Of a stretch of 53,279 nucleotides of DNA, positions 37,222-46,442 are shown piece after piece; within the stretch, counting starts at the first letter, position 1; the number at the start of each line of letters is the position of its first letter. Below the pieces are notes generated by a model, which saw only the letters and a program-made list of their open reading frames with translations, ran no database searches and was not told the origin of the DNA. A program made the position numbers and the translations under genes. The DNA is from Candidatus Hodarchaeota archaeon. GTDB taxonomy: Archaea > Asgardarchaeota > Heimdallarchaeia > Hodarchaeales > Hodarchaeaceae. The stretch spans positions 1-53,279 of the forward strand of contig JAEOTQ010000073.1 in the NCBI GenBank assembly GCA_016839785.1, given 5' to 3'.

Positions 37222-39738
37222 TCAAAGTAATTCTTTCCACTGATTCTTTTCAATTCCATAAATTTTGAAAACAGTATCATCAATTATTCTCTGATTCTGA
37301 CTAAGCAAGGATTGTAACTTTTGGAGTTTTTTTAGAAGGAACGAAAGATCCAGTTGGGCAGTCTTAGGAAGAAATGAGAATTTCTCTGGATTTCTACAGA
37401 AATGGAATAACCTTCTTTGATTTCTAAAAGGTATTTCAGGAGTATGGGCTTTTACTAATTCCCATATTTCATTATAGACCGTTGTGATCTTCTCCCCTAT
37501 TTGGACATTTTCTTTCACTTTCACTTCTAATTGTTTGATTCTTTGAACCTCTGCAGTAACAACAAATTTCTCTAAATCAATTACTGGAAAGCGATTCATA
37601 TCCTTGATTCGAATTTGAGGATAACGATTTCCTTCAGACCCTGTTGTACGGATAATATTTAATTCTTCACCCAGCCAATTCCCTAAAGTAGATGTAAGAA
37701 TCCCCATTATCAAATACGGAGAGTAAGGTGGTTGAATTTTATGAATTGTGTGTAGATTCCGCAGTCCGAAAAATTCCTTTGTATCATAATTTACTATAAA
37801 AACAGAAGCAGTTTGTCGGAGGAATATTTTTGGTTCAGTAAATCTATTTTTTTCCCCTGATATCAGAAGTACTTCTTTATTTCCACTTTTTGAACGATTT
37901 AAATTATTGCCTCGGAGGTATTCCTCATATTCTTTAGAGAAACGTACGAAGGAATTCTTCATCCCTGGAACCCAAAATGTTACATAAGATTGTGGTAATC
38001 CATTAGAACCGTCAATCACTCGAAATACTTCTTTAGATGGCTTATGGGATAAAAAATGCGACTTGAGAAGACTTCCATATTCTAGGCCACATGAAATTTT
38101 AGAAATTCGACCTAGTTCAATCGTTTTACCATCGATTTGAGCCAGTATGTCACGACTAGCGACTTTTCGGTAGATCTTGTAGATGAAATTCGGATGATCA
38201 TTGAAATGGCTGATTAGTTCTTTCTTCGCTTCAAAATCTAGGGTTTTTTGTCCTAAAAACGACATAGTAGTTTTATCTTGACCCTTATATCCTTTTAATA
38301 TTATTATGGATAAATCTACTACAGCTCGTTTATATTTATAATTTTCTAGTAAATAAATCAAGGTATTCTCGTTCAATAATGTTTTACGTATTTCACTATA
38401 AGAAGACAAATCGAGAAAAGAGTGATCAATGACAAAACTCACAAGACCTCCACTTAGATTCAAAGAATACCGAAGAGCTAATCCAAGAAATATGATGTAA
38501 AGATTATCACGATTTCCTATGAATTTAGGAATCATCTGTTGAAGTATTTGCTTTGTATTATATGAGATTACTTGTTGAGCAAAACGACCTGATAAGGGGA
38601 TGTAGGGAGGATTTGAAAGAATGATGTCATATCTAGTCTGAGAAATGGTTTTCTGGAAATTAGTCGTCAATTCTTCAACATAATTCTTTTTTTGAAAATT
38701 AGGTAGAGTTCTAGATCTATCAGCGGTAAGATTCATGAATAATCTAAGAAAATTTTTACAGAAAGCTAATACAGAATCATCTATATCAAACCCAGTAAAA
38801 GAAGAAAAAAATATCTCTGTTCTCGCCTGTAAAAATGAATCAAATGGTAGCTTACTTTCAAGCTGGAGTACTTGATTCGTTAACCATTCTAATGCTACAA
38901 TAATTATCATCCCAGTTCCAGATGCTGGATCTAAAATGTTTAGTTTTTTAATCTCTTTTATTGTATTGATTTTTTCTGATTTGATGTGTCCAAAGGAACG
39001 GAGAACTAATGTAAGAGCAAGTTCTAAGGGAGTAAAGTATTGTCCTCGCATTTTATCAATATTAAGTACAAGTGGAGGATATTCAAGTAAATGGATCGGT
39101 GTGAGATCAAGAAGATCGATAAGACTGAAATCAACCTCATGATCGTAAAGTTTTTTTGTCTTTATGCGAGTTAGAAATCGTCTCGTTTCAGTAGTTGTGG
39201 TCTGTGGCACAAATCCTTCTTGGATCTTTTCAAAATCAATCAATATCTGTGAAAAAGACTCAGAAAAGGTGGTTGGATCTAAAAATCCTTCTAGAGTAGA
39301 ATTACAAGAAAGTTCATCTTGTATGTTGATTTCTCGTTTTCTAAGAACATCATTAATCTTTCTGAAGATGTTGAAACTAGTTTGATAAGCATTTAAACGA
39401 TATTTGTCGTTAAAAACTTTTAATATTTCTGGATTGACGAAAATTGAACTTAAAAATAGAGGTGAAAGATTCCTAGGAATTATGTTCCAACATAGAATGG
39501 AATTATGTATCAAAGAAAAGACTAACGTATCATTATCAAGAATACTAATAATCCATTCAAGATTTGTGTTACATAATTTTCTTCGAATAAACTGAATAAA
39601 TCTTGGATCCTTACTAGTAAATAATTCATTAACAGAAAAATTTCCATAACATATTCCTAAACAAGATTTAATCCAGAAATCACCGATAGATTTGATATTT
39701 TGCTGCGAGGTTCCCAAAAGATTATTGATTTTGTTCAT
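37222..39738 (-). CDS. N6-adenine DNA methyltransferase, Eco57I/TaqI-like with TaqI-C type TRD
   Basis: GQYFTP, ILDPASGTG, GFDID, SNPPY, NLYIIF, PKIFLRQT, YPQI; may extend to ATT 39888. Confidence 0.88.
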   Translation of the reverse strand: MNKINNLLGTSQQNIKSIGDFWIKSCLGICYGNFSVNELFTSKDPRFIQFIRRKLCNTNLEWIISILDNDTLVFSLIHNSILCWNIIPRNLSPLFLSSIFVNPEILKVFNDKYRLNAYQTSFNIFRKINDVLRKREINIQDELSCNSTLEGFLDPTTFSESFSQILIDFEKIQEGFVPQTTTTETRRFLTRIKTKKLYDHEVDFSLIDLLDLTPIHLLEYPPLVLNIDKMRGQYFTPLELALTLVLRSFGHIKSEKINTIKEIKKLNILDPASGTGMIIIVALEWLTNQVLQLESKLPFDSFLQARTEIFFSSFTGFDIDDSVLAFCKNFLRLFMNLTADRSRTLPNFQKKNYVEELTTNFQKTISQTRYDIILSNPPYIPLSGRFAQQVISYNTKQILQQMIPKFIGNRDNLYIIFLGLALRYSLNLSGGLVSFVIDHSFLDLSSYSEIRKTLLNENTLIYLLENYKYKRAVVDLSIIILKGYKGQDKTTMSFLGQKTLDFEAKKELISHFNDHPNFIYKIYRKVASRDILAQIDGKTIELGRISKISCGLEYGSLLKSHFLSHKPSKEVFRVIDGSNGLPQSYVTFWVPGMKNSFVRFSKEYEEYLRGNNLNRSKSGNKEVLLISGEKNRFTEPKIFLRQTASVFIVNYDTKEFFGLRNLHTIHKIQPPYSPYLIMGILTSTLGNWLGEELNIIRTTGSEGNRYPQIRIKDMNRFPVIDLEKFVVTAEVQRIKQLEVKVKENVQIGEKITTVYNEIWELVKAHTPEIPFRNQRRLFHFCRNPEKFSFLPKTAQLDLSFLLKKLQKLQSLLSQNQRIIDDTVFKIYGIEKNQWKELL

Positions 39739-39900
39739 GTCGTTATTTTTAAGTGCGGAATGATATCTGAAAAGCTCTTCTGAGATTGAATTCCTATTCG
39801 TTTCAATGAACTGCTCCTCAATGACACTAATCTGTGCTTTTAAAGGGATTGCAGGTAAAAGAGGTATGATAGGGGAGAATCTTACAATTGGTACCTCCTT

Positions 39901-41658
39901 CTAGAGACTGGTAACTTTTTTCTCAATATCAGTCTTAATCTTGGAATAGAAAGTACTAGCAAGGTTACGTATTGTCCTATCTGGATCATGAAGGATAATT
40001 TGTTCCAATACACTAAGAATATCTGTAGGTTCTTCTACTGTCTCCATGTCAATATTCCCTAGTTGTTGAACCGCATCTAATCTTGTTATATAATTCTGTG
40101 AAGTGCTAGCTTGTTTAATTAAGTCAGTTAGACTTGATTTTCTTTCCATATCTTCTGATTCTTCCGGGGGAATCAAAAGTGGTAAATCGATAGTAACTAC
40201 AGATCCTTGATTGAATCCCTCCGATTCAATAATAAACGACCCACCATGATCAGAAATCACTTGTTTAGCTAAAAATACTCCTAATCCTAGTTGGCTTGCA
40301 GAGGTGTGAAATGTCCTAAAAGGTTCTCCAATATGTTGAAGATTTTCTCTATTGATTCCAACACCTGAATCCTTACATATTAATCTGGCAATTTTGTTGT
40401 CTTCAATACTAGTTAGGCTAATCTCTACAGTACCATGACCTGTAAATCGGATTGCATTTTCAAAAATGTTTCTTAACGCTTGTAACATTCGAATGCGATC
40501 CACATTAATGACAAAAGGTGTTATTGGATATTCAATCACCAAATGAACCCGATACCGTTTTAAAATAAATTCAAGGCCATCAATAGCTTGTTGTAAAATT
40601 GGTACAAGGTCTTCTAGTATAAGAGTACATTTGAATTTTCCCATTTGGACTGCAGCAATGTCATTCAGATCATTAACTATGGCTTCTAGTTGAGAAAGAT
40701 TTCGACCAAAGGCACTTAACATATTGGCTTCAAGAATTTCCTTTTCTTCAGACGTAATTCCTTCTACTAAACGTGATGTATAAAAATCTAGATGTCCACG
40801 AAGATTGCTGATTGGGGTTCTGAGCGTGTGCTGGGAGAGTGTTAGGAAGTCAAATTTTAAATCAGTTAATTGCTTTATGGGGGATAAATCAACCATAATT
40901 CCTTGTACAATGGCAGTGTTTCCAATGTATAGCTTTTTGACACTAGCCATAACTGGAACCCGACTTCCGTCTTTACACAATAATTCTAGTTCGGAAGTCT
41001 CATCAGGAGAGACAATTTGGGTATCAAGGTTGTTATTATTAGTTATTTTTCCTGTGAATAAATCTCTTTTAGTTTCGAGCAAGTAAGAGGCAATTCTCGC
41101 TCTGTGTTCAGGTGCAACGAAGAAAGTCGGAAGGCATTTTCTTTCTTCAATTTCCAATTCAGAGTACCCTAGTTTTTCAACAAATGCTCTATTATAATAA
41201 TCTATACACCCATTCCTGAAAATAAATAGAAAATTGGGTGATTTACTAAATAAATCTTGAAACTGTTTCTGTTGTTTTTGTTGAGCATCTAAATCAGCTC
41301 GAATTTGCATGAGTTTACCAATATGTCTGATTAAGACCATATCATATCGCTCATCAATAGAGGAGACTCTTACTTGAATCCATGTAGATGTACCATCTGG
41401 TAGTAATGCCTGCCATTCGGATTCTTTGGGAAGGGGTATATCTCGATTTGCAACCGTCCGTGCAAATTTTTCTCGTTCTGAAGGAACAAGGAATTCCACA
41501 AATTGTTCAACAGAAAGGTTTCTCTGTGCTGTGGGAATGTTTAAATCTATCCGTGCTTTTGTATTTGTATGATAGATTCTTCTATCCTTCAATATAATTA
41601 TACCAGCAGGTAATTTATCAAGAAAATCTTGATCAAACGGTGGGTCTAGGGAATTCAC
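39901..41658 (-). CDS. Soluble PAS-PAS sensor histidine kinase with C-terminal HEAT-like repeat
   Basis: Two PAS domains, H-box HTLRTPI, NIFENAIRFT, DSGVGI, GLGVF, HGG; tail RLDAVQQLG..DPDRTIRNLA. Confidence 0.92.
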   Translation of the reverse strand: MNSLDPPFDQDFLDKLPAGIIILKDRRIYHTNTKARIDLNIPTAQRNLSVEQFVEFLVPSEREKFARTVANRDIPLPKESEWQALLPDGTSTWIQVRVSSIDERYDMVLIRHIGKLMQIRADLDAQQKQQKQFQDLFSKSPNFLFIFRNGCIDYYNRAFVEKLGYSELEIEERKCLPTFFVAPEHRARIASYLLETKRDLFTGKITNNNNLDTQIVSPDETSELELLCKDGSRVPVMASVKKLYIGNTAIVQGIMVDLSPIKQLTDLKFDFLTLSQHTLRTPISNLRGHLDFYTSRLVEGITSEEKEILEANMLSAFGRNLSQLEAIVNDLNDIAAVQMGKFKCTLILEDLVPILQQAIDGLEFILKRYRVHLVIEYPITPFVINVDRIRMLQALRNIFENAIRFTGHGTVEISLTSIEDNKIARLICKDSGVGINRENLQHIGEPFRTFHTSASQLGLGVFLAKQVISDHGGSFIIESEGFNQGSVVTIDLPLLIPPEESEDMERKSSLTDLIKQASTSQNYITRLDAVQQLGNIDMETVEEPTDILSVLEQIILHDPDRTIRNLASTFYSKIKTDIEKKVTSL

Positions 41659-41810
41659 GATTTTTACATTCCTCTTGTAAAATTTCTAAACAAGAGTTGG
41701 ATTGTAACTAGTACTTTTCTGGCAATAAACATACTTTTTAAAACATACTTTGAGACATATATACTAAATTCCTTTGTTTTCGAAGTAGGTATTTCTGGAA
41801 ATGATCTAGT

Positions 41811-42449
41811 ATGAGTCTCGACGAAAAAATGAAATCTTTGGAACTCCAAAAGAATTATAGTGAGATGATTAACGAACTTCGTATAAATGAGAGTGCTAAA
41901 ACATTGTGGTATGCCAAATTAAGTTCGCTTATGGCCGAAGACCGTCCACAAATCGCTGGGATGTTGCAATCTTTAGAGGAAATATCTCAAACAATGACAA
42001 CTCTTCTTAGAAAATGTACAATGTTTCTTGATGAAAATTTCGCTCCAGTACCAGTCGATATTGAGGCCTCAACAACAATAGGTACCCCCACTCCTGATCT
42101 ATCAAGTCGAGAACGAGATGATGTATTTTCTATTAGCTCTTTAAGATCCTTTATTCAAAGACTTCCTCAAAAAGAAACAGACAAAGAACAACCCACCTCA
42201 GTAAAATTTTGGTACATCACTGCAAAAGGAAAAAGTGAGTCAATCGATCTTTCATTTTCGGAAAAGGAATACTTCGCGAATGTCTTAGTATCCGTACTTA
42301 CTCAAATCGAAGGTGTAAAAGACGATGAAAAATTTTCTGTTTCTCCATTAGGATTCAATCCCTTACTACTTCCTCAATTTGAAACCTCCTTGGATCAGAT
42401 TCTTTCCTCATATTCAGAAGAATTTACCCTCATTAAGTTTTATCACTGA
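41811..42449 (+). CDS. Hypothetical protein: N-terminal helical/coiled-coil region, linker and C-terminal beta-grasp (ubiquitin-like?) domain
   Basis: 212-aa ORF; aa 131-212 show a strand-strand-helix-strand-strand pattern. Confidence 0.7.
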   Translation: MSLDEKMKSLELQKNYSEMINELRINESAKTLWYAKLSSLMAEDRPQIAGMLQSLEEISQTMTTLLRKCTMFLDENFAPVPVDIEASTTIGTPTPDLSSRERDDVFSISSLRSFIQRLPQKETDKEQPTSVKFWYITAKGKSESIDLSFSEKEYFANVLVSVLTQIEGVKDDEKFSVSPLGFNPLLLPQFETSLDQILSSYSEEFTLIKFYH

Positions 42450-42485
42450 ACGTGGAAGTGTAAATCTTACAATGAGAGACTGTCA

Positions 42486-43286
42486 ATGGATTTCAACCCA
42501 GTTTTATTTGGTTTAGCCCTAGCAACGATAGCAGGCTTATCAACAACAATTGGTGCATTGGGGATTTATTTTATAAAACAAGAAAGCAAATTCATTAGTA
42601 TTGCAATGGGTTTCTCGGCTGGAGTTATGATAGGCGTCTCTATGCTCGAATTATTGCCCTCTTCCCTTATTGAAATAGGCTTATTCAAAGCTGGTCTAGC
42701 GTTTATTGTCGGATTGATTACATTCTCAATCTTGGATATACTTGTCCCACATGACTACATGCACGAGCATTCCTGCGATGATGAAGCTTCCTCCCTACAA
42801 AATGGAACAAAAATTGATCTAAAACGAACAGGACGACTTGTAGCAATTGGTATCGCAATTCATAATCTACCAGAAGGATTTATTACTCTATCTGGATCTT
42901 TACATTCCAATGAATTGGGAATATTATTAGCAGTCGCAATTTCTTTTCATAATATTCCAGAAGGTCTATCTGTTGCTGTACCGATCTATGCCTCTACAAA
43001 TGATAAACGACAAGCATTTAAAATATCATTTTTATCTGGATTAGCAGAACCTCTTGGTGCAGTTATTGCAACTGTTGTACTTCTTACGTTTGGATTAACC
43101 ACAGATGAATTTATTCAAATTGCGTTGGCATTTGTGGCAGGAATCATGCTATTTATATCTTTAGATGAACTATTACCATCTGCTAGAGCAACCTGTAAGG
43201 ATAATGGAAATGAATCACATATAGTTACACTGGGAATTATTGCAGGTGTGTCAGTTATCTTTATGACACTAGTAGCTTTATCCTAG
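42486..43286 (+). CDS. zupT: ZIP-family divalent metal transporter
   Basis: GFSAGVM, His-rich loop PHDYMHEH, HNLPEG, HNIPEG, GLAEPLGA, ISLDELLP. Confidence 0.93.
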   Translation: MDFNPVLFGLALATIAGLSTTIGALGIYFIKQESKFISIAMGFSAGVMIGVSMLELLPSSLIEIGLFKAGLAFIVGLITFSILDILVPHDYMHEHSCDDEASSLQNGTKIDLKRTGRLVAIGIAIHNLPEGFITLSGSLHSNELGILLAVAISFHNIPEGLSVAVPIYASTNDKRQAFKISFLSGLAEPLGAVIATVVLLTFGLTTDEFIQIALAFVAGIMLFISLDELLPSARATCKDNGNESHIVTLGIIAGVSVIFMTLVALS

Positions 43287-43305
43287 GTTCATTTTCCTAG
43301 GGTTA

Positions 43306-43899
43306 TTGTTTTTATTTTTCACCTCAGTAAATAATAAAAAGACAGTATTAGCTTTAAGTTACTCGCATAAATCAAATGTGAGTTATCAACACTTGAAAGA
43401 TCTTCAAACTATTCTAAGAGAAATCATGAAAGAAGGAAGGAAGAACCCCGGTGAGTGGAAGAGTATATCTGCTCCGACACGTGACAACATGGGTTCGGAT
43501 TTACTATTGTTTCATCCTATATCTGGACCAATATTTCAGGTACGCGCCTATGAAAAGAATCCCTATCAAATGCAAGGAATGGGTACACGTATATCACGAT
43601 CTATTGATGAAGATTTTTTAAAGCTTATTGATAAACGAAAACAATCAGGAGATTTAGGTATTCTAGATTTAAACTTAAAATTACTTCAAAAATCTATGAA
43701 AGATGAGAGGGATATTGACAAAATCCTTTTTAATGCCCTCCTTGGTCACAAAAATCAAGGAATCGATTACCTTAATCTAGGTGACTCTTTTCATCGTCCT
43801 GTGAAACCCCTTCCATTATTAAACGATGAACAAAAACGTTTAGACAAAGAATTTAAGCGTCTCGTAAAGAGAGATGGTAAAGATTCAATGTTTGGTTAA
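43306..43899 (+). CDS. Conserved archaeal hypothetical protein
   Basis: P..W......G.DL...HP..G...AYEKNPY...G.G pattern recalls an uncharacterised euryarchaeal family (from memory); true start probably near 43392. Confidence 0.75.
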   Translation: MFLFFTSVNNKKTVLALSYSHKSNVSYQHLKDLQTILREIMKEGRKNPGEWKSISAPTRDNMGSDLLLFHPISGPIFQVRAYEKNPYQMQGMGTRISRSIDEDFLKLIDKRKQSGDLGILDLNLKLLQKSMKDERDIDKILFNALLGHKNQGIDYLNLGDSFHRPVKPLPLLNDEQKRLDKEFKRLVKRDGKDSMFG

Positions 43900-43959
43900 A
43901 ACTTTTTTCCAAAAGACTTTCAAGTAAAATGAGGGCAATAAACCAATCAGTGATCTAAG

Positions 43960-44757
43960 ATGTCTGACTCTGAATATTCCAATTTGCTTTCTGAATTCAC
44001 TAGTGCAGTTGAATCTGAATTACTAGCGTATGTCCGTGGTTTGATTTTATATGGGTCATTTCAAAAAGAGCAAGACAAAGGCCCAGGATGGATTATCCCT
44101 GGAACATCTGACTTAGACCTAGTATTGATCATTGATGTAGACGATATTAACCCTAAGAAGCCAGCAAGGCGTTTTGCAAAAATTGCTGAGACATTATCCG
44201 TATTTTTCGTTCACCCTGTGTACGCACCAATCTTAGATTTAAGACTTCTTGAATACCATGATTTACCTGCTAAACTTGGAATGGCCTTCTCTCCAATTCA
44301 TGCTGAATCTACAGCCCGTCACGGAGAAGTCATCCTCGGAAACAATGTGTTGGAAAATTTCACTTATTCAGAAAAACAGTTGAATCGTTGTACAAAAATC
44401 GCTATCAATCAAGCTTATGAATCCCTTAAAAGTGGTTACTTACAACGAGTAGTAATTGGGGAACAACCACTGACTTACGAATTTGCTGATCTTATGCTTG
44501 ACATAGCACACTCCACACTAGCATTCAAAGGAAGATTAGATCTTGTACGTTCTGAAGTTCCAGAAGAATTTGACAAAATTCTAGGTGACGAATTAGGAGC
44601 CACCAGTGTTGATATCATTTACGAAGCAAAGAAGACTCGAATGGGCTCACAAAAAATGCGTCGATCGGATTTCATAAGGGGTGTTATGGAAGTTTCACAG
44701 AAAATAATGAAATATATTCGAGATCCATTTACATTCGAGGAAAATCAAAGATCTTGA
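43960..44757 (+). CDS. Minimal nucleotidyltransferase (Pol-beta fold) with C-terminal helical HEPN-like domain
   Basis: LILYGS...SDLDLVL, third carboxylate near LDLRLL, GEVILG; helical C-terminus. Confidence 0.8.
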   Translation: MSDSEYSNLLSEFTSAVESELLAYVRGLILYGSFQKEQDKGPGWIIPGTSDLDLVLIIDVDDINPKKPARRFAKIAETLSVFFVHPVYAPILDLRLLEYHDLPAKLGMAFSPIHAESTARHGEVILGNNVLENFTYSEKQLNRCTKIAINQAYESLKSGYLQRVVIGEQPLTYEFADLMLDIAHSTLAFKGRLDLVRSEVPEEFDKILGDELGATSVDIIYEAKKTRMGSQKMRRSDFIRGVMEVSQKIMKYIRDPFTFEENQRS

Positions 44758-44842
44758 CTAACCATTTGATAATTCTTGAATAATAGATCTTATTACTTAT
44801 CGTATATTCCTTAATATACGAAAAATATGTAGAGAGACAACA

Positions 44843-46435
44843 ATGAATCTAAAATCAATAATGTTACTTTCTATACTATCTAGTTTTGCTTTATTGACAG
44901 GATTCATTTTATTATATTTCATTCCAGTAACAAGACCAAATATTCCTGGTTTTCCATTCCAAATTACAGGAGGTGCCTTAATTGGATCTAATCTTGAAAA
45001 TAATTCTGGAATTGTATGGGGTCAGAGCTTTAACATTGAAATAATGCAAAAGTATGATGTAACCCTTAGAAATGCACAGTTTACAGTTCTAATATTGAAT
45101 TTTCCTACATCAGGGGTAGTGATTTCAGGTCTAGAGGATAAAGAAACCTTCACAATAGAAGGTCCGTTAAAAAGTAGGTTGGAATTAACGGGAAAAAATC
45201 GGAATGGTCGAATAATACAAATTTCAAATGTTCCTGATGATGGATCTTCCATTAAATTCCTTACAATGGGTGATACTCAAGGATTTTCAGATCTATATGA
45301 AGAAATGATATCAAGTAAAGAGGCTGTAGAAAGTAGTTTTATTCTGCATCTAGGAGATATTACTGCATCAGGTGATAAAGAAAGTCTTCAAAATTTTCAA
45401 AATATCTCTGAGCGCTCAAAAATCCCAATATACACAACTCCAGGAAATCATGATCTCAAATCATCGAATTCTACAGAATTTTATGAGATGTACTTTGGAA
45501 ATGCTGAATATTTCTTTGAATACAAAGGATTCTTATTTATCAGTCTTAATTCATCAACGGGGTATTACTCAGAAAACAGTTTTTCATTTCTATCAGAGCT
45601 ATTGTCAGAATTTCCTAAAAAGCCCAAAGTAATATTTACCCACATTCCGATTTTTGACCCTAGGCCTGGTGAAGATCATGCTCTCATTAATCTAACACAA
45701 TCTACAAGAATGCTTACTCTTTTGAATAATACTAATGTAAAAGCAGTAATATCAGGGCATATACATTTTTTTAATCATACTATTTTCAATGGAATTCACT
45801 TCATAACCTCGGGTGGAGGAGGAGCTTACTTATATGAGACCCCTGAAGATGGAGGTTTTCATCATTTTGCTGAAATTACCATAAATACTGATACTCAGGA
45901 GTTAACTGTTAGTACCATACCATTAACTAAACTGGAGCAAGAGACAGATATTATTGTCTTGAAAGATGCTGTTTCACGAATTTTTTCACTTGAAGACATT
46001 CTGAGTGAATTCACATTTGCATCTGGAAATAGTAGTTTCCAGAACCAGTATGATAATTGGCGTGCAAATGGTTCCTATATTGGGATAAGAATTAGTGATT
46101 TATTAGAAACAGTTGGAGGGATGTCTACTAATCAATGGTTAACCGTAGACTCGTGGGATGGTTTAACTTCTAACTTTAGCTATTCTGTTGTTTATCCTAA
46201 TAGTACTTGGTATCAAATTCAGGGTGATATGGTTTTAGCATTTTCCTTTGATGGCTTGGTAGTTCCTGATTATGTAGATGGATACAGAATTGTATTCCTA
46301 CCCCCAGACGGTAGCTACAGTAATGAGGATTGCAAAAATACTTCTTCTCCAAATGAAGGATGGAATGTTTATCCCTCAGCAGGATTCAGATGGGTGAAGT
46401 ATGTTTACTCACTTTCAATCAATGGAGGAGGTTAA
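44843..46435 (+). CDS. Membrane-anchored metallophosphoesterase (Icc/CpdA-like) with C-terminal molybdopterin-oxidoreductase-like domain
   Basis: N-terminal TM; GDTQG, HLGDI, PGNHD, FTHIP, SGHIH; C-terminal YIGIRISDLL, DG, MVLAFSFDG, RIVF, RWVKYV; many NxS/T sequons. Confidence 0.85.
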   Translation: MNLKSIMLLSILSSFALLTGFILLYFIPVTRPNIPGFPFQITGGALIGSNLENNSGIVWGQSFNIEIMQKYDVTLRNAQFTVLILNFPTSGVVISGLEDKETFTIEGPLKSRLELTGKNRNGRIIQISNVPDDGSSIKFLTMGDTQGFSDLYEEMISSKEAVESSFILHLGDITASGDKESLQNFQNISERSKIPIYTTPGNHDLKSSNSTEFYEMYFGNAEYFFEYKGFLFISLNSSTGYYSENSFSFLSELLSEFPKKPKVIFTHIPIFDPRPGEDHALINLTQSTRMLTLLNNTNVKAVISGHIHFFNHTIFNGIHFITSGGGGAYLYETPEDGGFHHFAEITINTDTQELTVSTIPLTKLEQETDIIVLKDAVSRIFSLEDILSEFTFASGNSSFQNQYDNWRANGSYIGIRISDLLETVGGMSTNQWLTVDSWDGLTSNFSYSVVYPNSTWYQIQGDMVLAFSFDGLVVPDYVDGYRIVFLPPDGSYSNEDCKNTSSPNEGWNVYPSAGFRWVKYVYSLSINGGG

Positions 46436-46442
46436 AATAACA

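Noticed and set aside
24512-39738. A single coherent restriction-modification or BREX/DISARM-type defence island
   Set aside because: The two MTases and the Mrr-like gene are separated by housekeeping genes, and no helicase, PglZ, BrxC or HsdR is present.
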